Notes: generated by a model not told the origin, from the sequence alone. Shown: positions 1 to 14,395, counted from the first letter of the stretch. The stretch: 64,000 bases of DNA from Felis catus (GCF_018350175.1 NC_058368.1:187490001-187554000), one strand, 5' to 3'. Translations and numbers: made by a program.

Positions 1-589
1 TAAAGTATATTCATCTGCTAAAATGAAAGGAGGTATGAGTCAGAAAACAAAACTCCGTCATATGAAAGAGCCCCCAGAATTAGAAATTACACAAATGGGC
101 ATCTAAGGGGGGAGGTGGAGGGGAGCAGTTCTCCAGGCTCATCTTAAACGCTTGGCTTCTTTGAATCCAAAGGGTCTTTTCACATCTTTGCATGCTTTAA
201 CGAAAGAGCGACTTAGGTCCAGAGGGGTTAGGTCTCTTAAGCAAGGTCACACCACACACTGGGAACCAGGAATGGAGTCCTCTGGCTCAGATGCATCTTT
301 CAAAGGACTCTTAAAGATTAAATTTTAATCCAAGACCCTTTTGTTTTACAGACAATAGGAACCTCCCTCACCAAAAGTCCCCTTTAAAAATTTCTCTTCT
401 GGCACTAGCATCTGTAGCGAATGGAACTGCCATTGTAAGTAAGCTTCGTGTATGTGAACCGAGACAGGAAGAGCTTGGGCTTGGGAACTTGACCCGTCCG
501 ACAGCATCGCAAACCAAGTCGGACTGCGGGTGTTACCTGCCGGCTTCAGCTGCCTTCTTCCAGGGCCTTAGTCGTTTGCCGTGGCGCTC

Positions 590-605
590 CTGCCCCCTAG
601 TGGCA
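590..605 (-). promoter_or_regulatory. CTCF motif
   Basis: TGCCACTAGGGGGCAG on minus, with an upstream TGCAG module and local CpG enrichment. Confidence 0.8.
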
Positions 606-3308
606 GCAAGCTTTGCTGCAGTCACATTCACCGGACCAAGGATAGGAAAGGAAATTGGATGAGAAGAGATAGAGGCAACCCGCGTCCTTCTCTAAGAGGC
701 AGGACTGGTTATGGGGACATTTCTTAACCTCACACACAAAAACGCGACGAACTAGACATTAGCCTGCATCAGATTTGAACCTGCAGACAGGTGAGGCCAA
801 AGCACTAAGGATCCTCCTGGGTTGAAAACAGATTATATAACTGACTCAGGGACTCGTGAGACTCGGAGGCTCTGAGAATCCCACGGAAGCAGGAACAGAG
901 GACCCAAAATAGCAGAAGAGCGGGACATTGCCATATGGTGCCCCCCCCCCCACCACCACCAGCAATCACTAGCATGAATGAATTCAAAGCCCTGCCCGCC
1001 AACTCCTCCCAGGTTGTGCTGCATGTTCAAACCCCTGGTCCCCACTCTTTGCTTAGCTGAGTCCTGCTCCTGCGTGTCTCAGTTCAGAGCGTCCCTCCTT
1101 CAGCAGAGATGCGGCCTCATCATAAGCTCTCATGGCACTGAGTGCTTTCCCTTCGTGGTCCTGATTCTGTGTTTCTTTGATTACTTTCATGCCCCCACTG
1201 AAGTGTCAGTTCCCTGAGGCACTGAGGCTACTTTATTGACTACTGAATCTATGTCCTTAAAACAGCAATTAGTACATAGAGGCCTTCAATCAGTACTTTT
1301 CAATGAAATTAATAAAATCACAAGTGATAGTTGAAGGACTGAATTATATGCTTACAGGATAAAAAAATAATAACAGTTCTCATCTCAATAGAAAAAGGAG
1401 ACCTCATTTCGGGCCACAGGGCTGTGCCACCTAGACTTTGTGATTAGTGTCCTTCTTGCCTGTCTCAGGACCTTCCTCGTCTATGAAAGACACAAAGATC
1501 TTCTGAGGGTGGAGTCCTCCCAAATCACCCCAAATGCTCACCAACACCCTTGGGGGCAGGTAGCTGGGCAGGTGTCTTTACCATAATTACACTTTTTGAC
1601 GATCAGGCTCCACAAGCTCAGCTTTAAAGCATCCCTGCTGTAGTCAGAAAATCTGCCTGAGAACTGACCTTCAGGGCTGCCTCTCTGTGTGACCTTGGAT
1701 GCTGCTTCCTACAGTGGCTTTCCATTGCCCCGTTTGTAAAATAAGGATCTTGGGGTATGCAACATCAAAGTCACTGGTTTTCAGGTGTCCGAAAACCCAA
1801 CTTAAACTGCCTTAAGGGAGGGGTGGAAGGGGGATATGTATTGCTCATGAAACTGAAAAGCCATTGATTCGGGGCTGACTCAATCCAGGATATTGAGCAA
1901 GTTCATCTAAGCCTGGTTTCTCTTCTCCATCCTTCAGCTCTGCTTCCCTCTGTGTTTCTCCCCTCACTGGAAGGTTCCTTATAGATGGGGGTCTCCAGCA
2001 GCTCCAGGCTTTCATCCCCTCAGCAGGAAAATAGAGGGGCTTTCTCTCAAGAGTACTGGACAAAAGTCCCAGGACTGCCCCCACTAGTGCCTTTGGGCCA
2101 CATGCTCATCTGTGTCACTTCCCAGGGGAAATTCTGGGCTCCACCTGAACCACATGGATTGATACAATCAGAGGCTCAGTCCCTGGAAGGTGATCAGGGG
2201 AACACCCTCAGAACGTGGGGGAACAGTTGCTAGACAAGCAAACACAAAAATGGCACTGCAGAGTGAGTGATCTTGAAGGACTTTTGCAGCTTTGAATACC
2301 CTGATGTGACTGATTTGATGGCAGGGAAGTGAAAGGGAGAACAAAGCCACAGGCATGCTTTAGAGTTAGCCCAACTCCAAACCCTTTCAAAAACCCTACA
2401 TGCCAAATAAGAGCCTCACCGCCTCTGAAGGGAGAGGAGGGTGATATGAGCAGCCCTAGAAAGCAAGCAGTGACGCTGACCCTCTAGAAGCTGAGGGGCA
2501 TAAAATGAATGGTGTTTTGATAACGCTGCTAAAATGGAACATTTCTATTTCCCAAAAAGATGGACACTGTCAGTGAGATTCATAAAAAAAATTTTTTTTT
2601 TAAATCTTATTAAACTTTCCCTTTCACTGCTTCTTTGTATCTCTGGTTGAAATGGAGCAGGATGCACGTTGCCATGGTGATGGCTGAATTTTAAATAACA
2701 GGGCTCAGGAGCCCGGGCTGCTGGCTGTACCCGCCCCAGGCAGGAAACGTTGGGGGAAGGAGAGAGTCAAAGTGAGCAAAGGAAGAAAGCTGCTGGGCTC
2801 ATCCCAGGATGTTAACTTCTTCAACTTGTTCTCCTTTGCACTAGGAATAAGGCCCCAAAAATCACAGACTCTGGCTTCTTCATAGAATGAGAGAATGTGG
2901 AGCCCAAATGCATAAGGACAGAACCCCGAAAATCACTTTGTCCAGTCCCTCCCTGATTCACTCTTGTGACAAACGGATTTCTCTACACTTACACCCCTTC
3001 CCGGGAGCAATGGGCCCAACCCACCCACGTTTTCGAAGGGCCACTGGAAACTTGACCCTAAGAGAAACGTTTGAAAACCTAGAGACCTTGAAAGTGAGAA
3101 CCTTATAGGGTTTTTAAGTGAAAGAGGAATTTGAGGGTAAAAGTCCAGTAGCTGTCAATTCAAAGAGCCCTGGCCACAAATTCCAGTTCTGCTCTTCTCT
3201 CTAGAACCATCTAAGAATGAAATGAAGAAATTCAGGAAATGTGAGTTCCCTGTGACTGGACATACTCAGACCAGCATAGGCCAGGGAGGAGCTGACTGGC
3301 AGGAATGG

Positions 3309-3533
3309 TTTGTTTGTTTGTTTGTTTGTTTGTTTGTTTTTTAATGTTTATTTATTTTTGAGAGAGAGAGAAAGCACAAACAGCGCAGAGGCATAGAGAG
3401 AAGGAGAACAGAGGATCTGAAGCAGGCTCTGTGCTGTTAGTGCAGAGCCCGATGCAGGGCTCAAACTCACAGACTGTGAGATTATGACCTCAGTCCAAGT
3501 CTGACACTTAACCAACTGAGCCACCTGGTGCCC
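3309..3533 (-). mobile_element. Can-SINE (SINEC_Fc-like)
   Basis: tRNA-derived head, (CT)n, A-rich tail; TSD CAGGAATG. Confidence 0.9.
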
Positions 3534-3919
3534 AGGAATGTTTTTACATAGTGGCAGGCATCAGAGAGGCCAGGCCTTGCTGAGGGAAGCTCAGAGAAGC
3601 GGCACAGCAAGGCCTTCCCCCAGAATCCTTCTAAAGTCCAGGCCAAGGAAAGAGGAAACCATACAGTACAGCTGGAGAGAACCAGCAACCAGGAAGCAGG
3701 AACTCTGCTCTGCCGCCTAAACACCATGGGAACTGGCCCTGACAGGGATGGTCTCGTTTCAGTGGCCTCTCTCTGCTTGCCCCCACAGACCCCAGGAAGA
3801 ACTTGCATTCTCAGCTGGCCCATCGCTCGTCTCCCAAACAAAATGGCTATTCCATATATGTTACAGTCAAGGCCATTCTGTATATGTCAGAGAATGGCTT
3901 CTAGAAGTTAAATGGTGGT

Positions 3920-3923
3920 AGTA

Positions 3924-3957
<34 letters not shown>
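3920..3957. repeat. (TAA)n microsatellite
   Basis: Direct reading. Confidence 0.95.
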
Positions 3958-3958
<1 letters not shown>

Positions 3959-6538
3959 CACAAAGAAATGTTTCTCGAAGCTGGGAAAGGGCAAGATTAT
4001 TGAAGCTGAATGAGTCTGTCATTTCCCACAGAAGCTGAGTGAGCAGAGGCACCAGGAGAAAGGGGTAGAGCCAAGCAGATGGGGCCCTTGGGCCTGAGAC
4101 CTACACCTCCGTGACCTGCATCCCCACACCCGTCCTGTGCCCCAGGCCTGATAATACAGCAGCTTGGGGCCTAGGATTCCCCCATCAGCGTTCCCCAGGC
4201 AGATTGGAATGAGGAGGGGAATGGCAGCACCTTAAGAAAGAGAATAAAAGTCAGACTCAGAGCGAAGGGAAGTGGCCCTGCATTCATACCAGCAGCTCAT
4301 ACTCCTGTGCCTTCCTGAACAACATCAAGAACTCAAAGGCCCGCACCCCCAAGGTGGCAGACGCAGCCATCCAACACTGGCCTTGGTCCATCACTGGTGG
4401 CCCATGACCTACTGGCCTCTCTTTTCAAGGGCAAGCTTAGGTCCCAAACCACCACTTCTGCCCTCATAAAGTCAGCCCTGCCTGTCCTGCATGTGCACAC
4501 ACACACACACACACACACACGCCTGGAACAGGGGCAGAGCAGCATGCAGTCTTAGAAATAGCACCCAGTAATCTATACACGCTAGGCTTGTACAGGCATG
4601 AAAGCTCCTGAAGGAAGCCTGGAATCCATCAGCAGAAAGGCATCAGGAGACCTGAGGTTAGAGCCATGGGAAGGAAGGGGATGTATTTTCCACTACACAC
4701 CTTTTTGAAAACATTTTCTCACATGCATATATGCCTTTTCAAAAAATAAATTCTGTTCCTCTTTCTATAAAGAGGCCACTCAAGGTCAGGAAAACCAAGT
4801 CTCAGTTCTATTCTGCCACTAATACTGAAGCAGTGTGCTGCCAGCCTGGGTCTTAACCACTGTTTGCCTCAGCTCCTGGGGCTGCAAAATGGGGTTGGAG
4901 AACCCTACTCTACTCCTGTCACAGACACTTCAGGAGTTCGATGAGACACAACAATAATAGCAATGATAATAGCTAAATATATTGATTGCTTATCATAGCA
5001 CAGTGCTATTATCTCAATCATAAAACAAGCCTATAACATTTACTATAAATCTCATTTTAAAAGACAAGAAAAGCAAGGCACAGAGAAATAACTTGCTCAA
5101 AGGCATGCAATTACATATCCTGCTTTCAGAACCAACACTGTTGATTAATATTCATTATTCTAGATGCAGCTTCTTGTCCCAAGAGGTTTGGGTGAGTGAG
5201 CAGATAAGCTCCACATGTTTTCCCCAATATCGGAGTCTCTGCCTTTGCTGAAGACAGTTTAATGAGTCACTAGAATATAGAGATAGGGATATAAGCCAAG
5301 TGGGATCCTGGTTCTGGATGTTAGGATCTATTTCATGGCAGAGACCAAGATGGCAGATGTGTCTCTAATGGCAAGGAGCCCCACATGAGGCTCCTATACA
5401 CACAAGTAACTTGTTACGGCCCCCACCCCCTGTCACCATGGCAATGAGGGACATAGGATGCCAGGGCTCAATGGCTGTTCCTGATTTACAGAGCCTTCCT
5501 AATTCACACTTCCCCTTTCAATGTCCTCTTCTCTTTCCCGTGGACTTCACAACCCACTGCAATATCTACCAACTGACAGTCATACAGCCCCTCCTTGAAC
5601 ACCAGGAGGGACAAGAAGCACACCGTTCACCGGGCCCAAACCATTCTCAACCCACGCTGACCTGCTTGCAAAGTCTCCTTTCTGTTGCCCTAAAATCTGT
5701 CTCCTCATGTTGTCTAGCTCTCTGCCTCTTCTTCCACTGTCTCTGCTGCTGCCACACATTCCTTATCGCCTCTCCCCTTGTAGATTGTCCCTGCCTCAAA
5801 GCTTCTGCTTCCTCGTTCTTGCTTCTGTTTTCTTACGTTCTGTATGCCCCCTCTTGGCCTTTATAATGGCATCTCTCCGTGGACATTTCAGTTGCTGGGT
5901 CTGCCACCAGCTGCCTGATTTGCTCTTTTCTTTCCCCCCAGTTCAAATTCCCAAAAGAGACAATCAGATTGAATGAAGTTGTCCCAGTTTGGATAAAGCT
6001 CTTCAAACAGTCTATAGATTGCCAGCCCTTGGGTCCACATCCAATCTGTTGTGGTTGGTAAAAGGTTGGACCATATGATGGAAGTATGGGCTGCCCCCGA
6101 GAAGATCCTAGGAATGGCCTGTAGGCTATTGGCTACCAATAAGTTTCATCTTACATACCAACTGCATTCAAAAAAAATTGGCTGATTTACAGACTGTGTT
6201 GAGAAGGACTCAGGAGTTACATCTGAAGTCGATGAAATATGATTAATGAGTTTTATTTGCTATGAGCGCACAAAAAAAAAGCCTCAGCCTACATGCCAGT
6301 TATTCACCATTTTAGTGTTAGGCCATCTGATCTGATGAGGACAAAGTAAGTGGAGGCATCACCTTCCTCATTTTGAATTTCCTGCTTCTCTTTATAAGGG
6401 TAAAATTACAGTTGCTAGTTTATATGGCTGGATTACACCATAACTTCACATTGAAATTCAGCCACATAAAACCCCTAAGCCTTTTCATACCTGCTATTAA
6501 AACACATACCATACTATACCAAAAAAAATAAAGAAAGA

Positions 6539-6760
6539 GGGGTGCCAGAGTGGCTCAGTTGGTTAAGCATTGGACTTCGGCTTAGGTCATGATCTCACCA
6601 TTTGTGAGTTTGAGCCTCGCATTGAGCTCTGTGCTGACAGCTCAGAGACTGGAGCCTGCTTCAGATTCTGTCTCCATCTCTCTCTACCCTTTGCTGGCTC
6701 ACACTCTGTCTCTCTCTCTCTCTCTCAAAAATAAACAAACGTGAAGAAAAAAAATCTTAA
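6539..6760 (+). mobile_element. Can-SINE
   Basis: GGGGTGCC..TGGCTCAGTTGGTTAAG head, (CT)n, A tail. Confidence 0.9.
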
Positions 6761-7585
6761 AAGAAAGAAACTAAACAGTTAAATTTTACATTTTTCCCTA
6801 ATAAAACTCACCTTGTTTAATTTAGCCTGTCACTCCAGCCTACTGAGATCTTACTACGCATGATATCCTTTTTCCAGCCTGTTTGAAAAATTGTTCATAC
6901 TGTGTCTGCAAGCCTCTACCCAAGAAATAGAGGTTAAATGTTTACACTATCTTCCTCACATGACTGACACAATGGAAAGTTTCGTTTATTTGTTTCCATG
7001 GACCTACTTTTCACCGTTTGGGGGCCAACCACTCAATAATTTCAGAAAATTATTTTAGACCCCCAAGTACCTATGGGTATTTGTCCGTTGTGTCCACAGT
7101 GAAGATAACCAGAAACACTTCAACTATTTCATGGAGGAGGCTCCTTTATTAGAACAATAGCTACTGTTCATTGAACAACCATTCCGGGTGATAGATGCTT
7201 TCACACATTATTTCTAACCCTTACAACAATTTCAAGAGGTAGGTTTTATTACTTTTTTTTTTTTTTTTTTTTTTTTAGGGATTAGACAACTGAGGCATAA
7301 AGCATTTAATCACTTTCTGAGATCACACAGCTGCTGTGCCATAGGGCTGAATCCCAACCCCAGTCCACCTGGCCCAAACCCTGCGTCCCTTCCACTGCTC
7401 CACATGGCTTCTCCTTCTCCCTTGGTGTGCCTCTCTGAGTGACAGAAAAACTTGCTGTCAATGACTGAAGGCAGAGATTGGGGGTTCAGGAATATAGTTA
7501 CCCATGGGTCATGTTTTATAAAAGCCCACCTGTATTAGGTCCTTCAAGGTATGAATATTACACAGTTATTACAAAGAACGAGGTA

Positions 7586-7817
7586 GGGAGGCCTGGGTGG
7601 CTTAGTGAAGTGTCTGACTTCAGCTCAGGTCATAATCTTGTGGTTCACAAGTTCAAGCCCTGTGTCGGGCTCTGTGCTGGCTCTGAGCTGTCAGCAAAGA
7701 GCCTGGAGCCTGCATCAGATTCTGTGTCTCCCTCTCTCTCTCTGCTCTTCCCCTGCTCATGCTGTGTCTCTCTGTCTCTTTCTCAAAAATAAATTAAAAC
7801 ATCAAAAATGTTTTTTA
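7586..7817 (+). mobile_element. Can-SINE
   Basis: Head, body and tail; TSD AAAGAAC(G/C)AGGTAG. Confidence 0.9.
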
Positions 7818-9389
7818 AAAGAACCAGGTAGATCTACATGTATTCATACAAAACATATCCAAGATATTAAGTATGTCTATTCTGATCCTGTTTTTTTTAA
7901 CATTACATTCACATGTGCAGGTGAGAAGTGAAGAATTATAGGAGACTTCCAGTTTCTACTCATAATATTTCCATTTTGATTGAATTTTTACATTTGTGTA
8001 TTACTTTTGGAGTCAAAAAAAGAATTTAGGAAGACAATGTGTGAAAATCAGCAGTTTCTTTTGCCCGTCAAGTCCTGAAGATCATGCATCTATCTGTGGG
8101 ATACACAAAGATCTGAGCCTCCTGGACCTGTGGCAACAATACAAGAAACGCACTGTCTCACACATGAAACTATGAGGTAGGAGAGCACCTGGGTTGGTTA
8201 CCTCAGTGGTTGACTGAATTGTGATGCCCTAAAGCATCTTTGCACCCTGAATCTCCAGCATACCACCTGGCTCCCTTTAATCATTAACTGGCTGCCACAG
8301 CAGTAGGCGTCCCAAACAATTATGGTAATATCCAGTGACAGAAGAGACAACTACTTATTAGAAGCAAGAAGAACCTATCCTAGAAATATCCACAGCAGAC
8401 TTCTCACATCCTGCTAGTCAGAATTTCATCCCCTGCCCCCTGCTAATCCAACCACTCACAAATGGGATGAGGTCATCAAGCTTGAAACCGGACAAATGAT
8501 TTGCTCCCTGGGACTAGAGAGGCCAGCCCTCTTTGAGGCATGTCACTTGCCTACTCTCTGAACCATACTGGGGTTCTGTTAACAGGGAAAAAGGGGGGAA
8601 AGTCTGTTACAACTATTCCCTAAATCTGTAATGATACCATGCTCCTCTTATGAGTGTTCTCACCCAGCATTTCCTCATCCTTCCCGACCCACCCCTACCA
8701 CATGCATTCTCAGAAGCACATTGCTTCGGAGCCAGGTATGCTGGCTTTATAAACTATTTGAATATCAAAGTGTCTCCTAAAGCGCTCCTGATTTTGTTAC
8801 CATTACTTATGCTGAAAGGACTATTGACAAAGCCTCTACTGAAGATCCAAAGCCATGGTCCAGTTAGTTTCAGAAACTGAGAATTCTAAAAGCAGGCAAG
8901 CAAGTGACTTTTTGGGGTTGTAATATATGGCTCAGTTTAACATGATATGCAGTTTTTGATAAGAAGAATTAAGCTGAATAGATTTTAGGGGAGAAATTTA
9001 AAAACAAACAGACCTGTCTTAGATGTTTTATGGTACAGCTTTCTACAGGTAGGGTTCAATGAGCTCTGAACCTGAAGAGCTCTTTTCCTCTGAAAAACTA
9101 GAAGGTACCACCCTATATGGTTCAGCCTTTTGTCCATTTGGGGAGTCACCAAGACAAAAGTCTCGAGCCCCACGTCATAAACTTGAGGAATCTCTGATAT
9201 GGGATTGACTTTTCTGGTACAGGAGGTTGCTGAGCGTGGCTGCCAGGGAGAGAGAGTGAGGAAGAGGAGCTGTTTCCCCAGCCCCATCAGAGCTGGACCT
9301 TGAATTCAGTTATCTTAACATCTTCCCCTACCCCCATCATCACTATCTGTCCCCTAAAATGCCCTTGGCTTTGGCTTGCTCCTTGTGCT

Positions 9390-9845
9390 AGATGCCTTCC
9401 TTTGCTCCTCCCCATCCACTCTCCTCTATTCCCCATCCTACTTTGTGCCCTCAGAGGCTGATCTGCAAGAGTGTATCAATGGGTTCCTTGCCCTCTGACT
9501 TCCAGCTGGATCTGGGACTGGCAGGAGATCAACAGGAAGAAGCAGAGAGCACTTGGTGAGTTGGGGTGTTTATTCTCCAAGTTTCCTCCCTTTGGGATCC
9601 CCAAGCTCTGGCTTCATCAGGAGTTCTCAGTGAATAGTCCTATTTCCCCAATCCCAGTAACCCACCCCCTCATCTGCCATAGCAGGGGTAATGGAGGCCC
9701 ACTATTACTAATCTGGGGCTCCTTGCTATGCCTTGTGGTTTCTCTACACCCTGCCCACGCCTTTGTAAATAGCTTTTTTATGAAATTCTGCTTGAGTTAT
9801 CCTAATTTGAGGGTGCCATCTGTTTCCTGCTAACACACCTCTCTA
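9390..9845 (+). mobile_element. old ERVL-class solo LTR (LTR33/LTR16-like)
   Basis: Ends GTGCCATCTGTTTCCTG, typical of this class; family assigned by eye. Confidence 0.5.
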
Positions 9846-10270
9846 ATTTGATCTTATATGGGCTGAATGTTTTGCTTGGTGATATTTCTATGTTCCTGCC
9901 TCCTGAATCACTGTTCTGCACAGGGGCAAACACCTCAGCCCCTGAGGTCTCATAGAAGTGGGTTCAAACCCCCAATCCACCTTCTATAGCTAGAAAACCT
10001 CAGACCAGTCCCTTTACCTCTCTGAGCCTCAGTTTCTTCATCTGCAATATGGTAGTAGTAATAATAATAGTGGTATGCTCTCCATGGGGACCCTATGAGA
10101 ATCAAAGGACAATAGGGAGTGGTGGAGAGTGGGACAAAGTACAGAGCTCACACCACATCCTCATGGGAGCTGCCAGTTCCCTAGATCCTAGTGATGGTTG
10201 TCATGAAGAAAAGCCAACCCAGAGTTGCCAGTTCTTCTGATACTTCAAGAAGCCAGAAACCTAGATTTCT

Positions 10271-10475
10271 TTTTCTTTTTAGTTTTTTTTTTTATGTTTA
10301 TTTATTTTCTTGGGGGAGAGGGGGCAGTGCAGAGAGAGAAGGAGAGAGAATCTCAAGCAGGCTCCACACTCAGCACAGAGCCCAACATGGGCCTCAGTCT
10401 CACAACTGCAAGGTAATAACCTGAGCCAAAAATCAGGAGTCGATCACTTAACCGACTGAGCCACCCAGGTGCCCC
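10271..10475 (-). mobile_element. Can-SINE
   Basis: Perfect 16-bp TSD AGAAACCTAGATTTCT (10255-10270 and 10476-10491). Confidence 0.92.
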
Positions 10476-11467
10476 AGAAACCTAGATTTCTATATCAAAT
10501 CTCTCCTTTACTATGTATCAGTACCATAAGGACGGTAATGACTATTTTATTCATTACTGTATCCTAGTGACTAGAATAGCACCCAGAGCATAGAAATGAT
10601 CAAAAAACCTTTGTGGAATAATTTTTCCAATTTTTGAACACTAGCAACTAGTGAGGGTGAAACCAAACCAGGGCCAGACAAGTGCTGCAAGACTGTGAGG
10701 GAGTGCGCCCCTCCTTGACTTTTGTACCCTAGGCGTATCATCACCCCAGGCCTGGCCCTGCACACAGCACTCCTGTGAGTTGCTACTTTAGGCTTCTGCT
10801 CTAGAACTAACCACAATAGAAAGGTACAAATAAATAATGGACACTTTGGGGGCCCCTAATAATTAGACCAGGCCATATTCTCATCAAGTGGAGTGTAGCC
10901 ATTATCTGCAGAATACGCAGTGGACACAGAGCTCACCTGCAACCAGACACTTAATCATTGTGCCCAGGGCTGTGAGGACATGCAGCAATTTTTTCAGCAC
11001 AAACAGCTCACGGATCCTCCTCTCCCTCTACCACAGCCTGAGGATACAGACCCAGTGAGCTGCAGATTTGTTACCCGGTTTAGAAATGCCAAGGAGACAG
11101 CTCTCCAGCAAAAGAATGACTCGGTGGACACACTGCAGATAAATAATGTATGAAACCACTTCTTTTTTAACGGCACTTTGCAATGACACTAATATTGATG
11201 AAAAACGTTAGCATGTGTTAGATGGTGCTATATCCAGTGAGAGATTGGGTTTGGCAGGCTCTGGGCCACTTCTAGTCTGGGCCAGAAATGTGAGAAACAG
11301 CATTCCCTAGATGATGGGTGTGAAATAGGCTCATTGGGTCAAATAAGACAAACACTTGACCTTGGCAAGTAGCTTGTGGTGACTACTGTTGGCTGGCTGA
11401 CCCAACAGTCATTACCAAATCCCTCTCCTGGTCTTCTACTCCACAGGTTGAAGAAGTTTCCAGCATT

Positions 11468-11683
11468 GGGGCGCCTGGGTGGCTCAGTCGGTTAGGCGTC
11501 CGACTTCAGCTCAGGTCATGATCTCGCTGTTTGTGAGTTCGAGCCCCACGTCTGGCTCTGTGCTGACAGCTCGGAGCCTGGAGCCTGCTTCAGATTCTGT
11601 GTTTCCTTCTCTCTCTGCCTCTCCCCTGCTCATGCTCTGTCTCTGTCTCAAAAATAAATAAAACATTTAAAAAAAATTTTTTT
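11468..11683 (+). mobile_element. Can-SINE (SINEC_Fc)
   Basis: GGGGCGCCTGGGTGGCTCAGTCGGTT head; TSD AAGTTTCCA. Confidence 0.92.
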
Positions 11684-11904
11684 AAGTTTCCATCCTCATA
11701 TATTTGGCAGTGGTCACATAAAACACAGTGAATCATGAGTGGGATTCTGCTGGACAAAGGAAGGAGTTCTGGGAAGAAAATGTGCTTTTCTGATAAAAGG
11801 GGCAAAAGTTTACACTCCTAAGGCCATTGCAAATAATGCCTGAATCAATGTAAGCAAAAAGCTAAAAAGAAATAGATACAGATACATGGCATAAATAAAT
11901 ACAT

Positions 11905-11917
11905 GATAGATAGATAA

Positions 11918-11963
<46 letters not shown>

Positions 11964-11965
11964 GA
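11905..11965. repeat. (GATA)n microsatellite
   Basis: Direct reading. Confidence 0.95.
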
Positions 11966-12440
11966 TAAATGAATGCATGCAGGAGATTTGGGGTCCAGGA
12001 GATACAGGGCCTAAATGTCCAATAATACAGAAATGATCATGTAAAGAAAAGAACATTCATTCCATGAACTACATACATATGCAGCCATTTAAAATGCACA
12101 GTAAAGACCATAGAAGGACATGGGGAAATGCTTGTGATAAAATTTTAAATAACAAAAAACAGAACACACAGACACACAAATTACATTTAATGGATGATCC
12201 CAATTGTATTTTTAAAAAGAGTGAAAATGAAAAAAAATAACCCGAAATGATAATCTCTGAGCTTATGGATAACTTTTTTCTCCTTTATGATTTTCTATAC
12301 TTTCCCAGTAAAAAAAAATACATAATAATTTGTATAACACAAATTTTTATATGATTTTAATTTCTTCTTTTATGGTTTTTTTGCCTTTTCAAAATTCTTT
12401 GCAGTAAACTCATACTATTTATTTAATAAGAAAAATAATT

Positions 12441-12650
12441 GTTTTTATTTTTTTTAAGTTTATTTATTTATTTTGAGAGAGAGCATACACACAAGTGGAG
12501 GAGGGGCAGAGGGAGAGGGAATCCCAAGCAAGCCCCACGTTGTCAGCACAGAGCCCAATGCAGGGTTCGATCCCACAACCCTGGGATCATGCATGACCTG
12601 AGCCAAAATCAAGAGTCAGATGCTTAACCAACTGAGCCACCTGGGTGCCC
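12441..12650 (-). mobile_element. Can-SINE
   Basis: Reverse-complement head and tail. Confidence 0.9.
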
Positions 12651-12661
12651 TAAGAATTTCA

Positions 12662-13049
12662 TTTTTTTTTTTTATTTTAACTTTTTTATTTTTTTTTTAA
12701 TTTACATCCAAATTAGTTAGCATATAGTGCAACAATGATTTCAGGAATAGATTCCTTAGTGCCCCTTACCCATTTAGCCCATCACCCCTCCCACAACCCC
12801 TTCAGTAACCCTCAGTTTGTTCTCCATATTTAGGAGTCTCTTCTGTTTTGTCCCCCTCCCTGTTTTTATATTATTTTTGCTTCCCTTACCTTATGTTAAT
12901 CTGTTTTGTCTCTTAAAGTCCTCAGATGAGTGAAGTCATATGACTTTTGTCTTTCTCTGACTAATTTCACTTAGCATAATACCCTCCAGTTCCATCCATG
13001 TAGTTGCAAATGGCAAGATTTCATTCTTTTTGATTGTCGAGTAATACTC

Positions 13050-13095
<46 letters not shown>

Positions 13096-13334
13096 CACAT
13101 CTTCTTTATCCATTCATCCATCGATGGACATTTGGGCTCTTTCCATACTTTGGCTATTGTTGATAGTGCTGCTATAAACATGGGGGTGCATGTGTCCCTT
13201 CGAAACAGCACACCTGTATCCCTTGGATAAATGCCTAGTAGTGCAACTGCTGGGTCATAGGGTAGTTCTATTTTTAGTTTTTTGAGGAACCTCCATACTG
13301 TTTTCCAGAGTGGCTGCACCAGCTTGCATTCCCA
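12662..13334 (-). mobile_element. 5'-truncated carnivore/felid LINE-1 (ORF2 C-terminus plus 3' UTR)
   Basis: ORF 13095-13319 (QPLWKTVWRFLKKLKIELPYDPAVALLGIYP) is the L1 ORF2 C-terminus. Poly-T tail, TSD AATTTCATTTT, internal (TG)n. Confidence 0.95.
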
Positions 13335-14395
13335 ATTAATTTCATTTTTAAAACAAAGAAAGACATTTGTTGCCCAGAGACAAATGGAATCTGACCAGTC
13401 TTAGTAGCATCACAGGACCCAGAACAAAAATACATTATGGTTTCTTAAAAGCTACCAACAATGTAATTTTAACATATTTTAAAGTATGGCTGTGCACCAG
13501 AGGGTGAAATTGGTCGTGTATAAGGCTTCACTCCTATTTACCAAAGACATGGGCAGAGGAATAAGTCAGAGTGGCCTCAATGTATACTGTTCTCTTTTTA
13601 TTTTTTTATTTTTTTTATACTGTTCTCTTTTTAGTCACACTGGAGAAATGGATGCAGGGGATTCTTTTTCTTTCCTTCCTTCTAAGTTTATGTGTACTCC
13701 TATGATTTTTTAGACAAACACTATCTTTTTATTATAGAGATTTTGGATTTGAGGGTTGGCTTCACCAGTTATTAGCTGCATGACATAGAGAATAGAAAAG
13801 TCACCCAACCTTTTGAAAACACCATTTCCCCATCTCTAAAATTATGGCTATATCGACTTCACTGGGAAATGCCGTGTTGAGCAAAGATGATGTGTGTTAT
13901 AAACTTTGGCAAAAAGAACACAGGCTCTCATTAGGCAGCCTTGATTAACATCCTGGCTGTGACACTAAATAGTGTGTGAAATTTTAGCCAGGTATATAAT
14001 CTCCCTGAGCTTCAGTTTTCTCATCTAAAAAGTAGAGGTAATATCTTTCCTTATAGATAAGGCACCTGGAGCATTGTAAACACCTAACATAGGAAAGCTG
14101 CAATTATATTGTCTGCACTTTCTCAAGGATAATCAAACTTAGCTCTTCTACTTCAAAGAGCTGCCCCAGGAGATAGGAGCAAGATAGGAGTTCCTTAAAA
14201 ACAGTTCCCAAAAGTACTTTAGTGCTATGAAGAGCAAAGGGGAACTAGGGAAGATGTCTGGTTCCCTACCCATGCCCCCCCCCCCCCAGAGCATTTTCCC
14301 AGACTCTCTAATCAACCAGACACTCAAGCTCTGAGCTATCACTCTGAAATACTATCAAAAAAGAAAGCAAGAGATTCTAGATGCAAAAATATATA

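Noticed and set aside
11468..11550. tRNA-like A/B boxes (here and in other SINE heads)
   Set aside because: tRNA-derived SINE heads, not tRNA genes.
13095..13319. ORF with genuine protein similarity
   Set aside because: Fragment of a truncated L1 ORF2, not a host gene.
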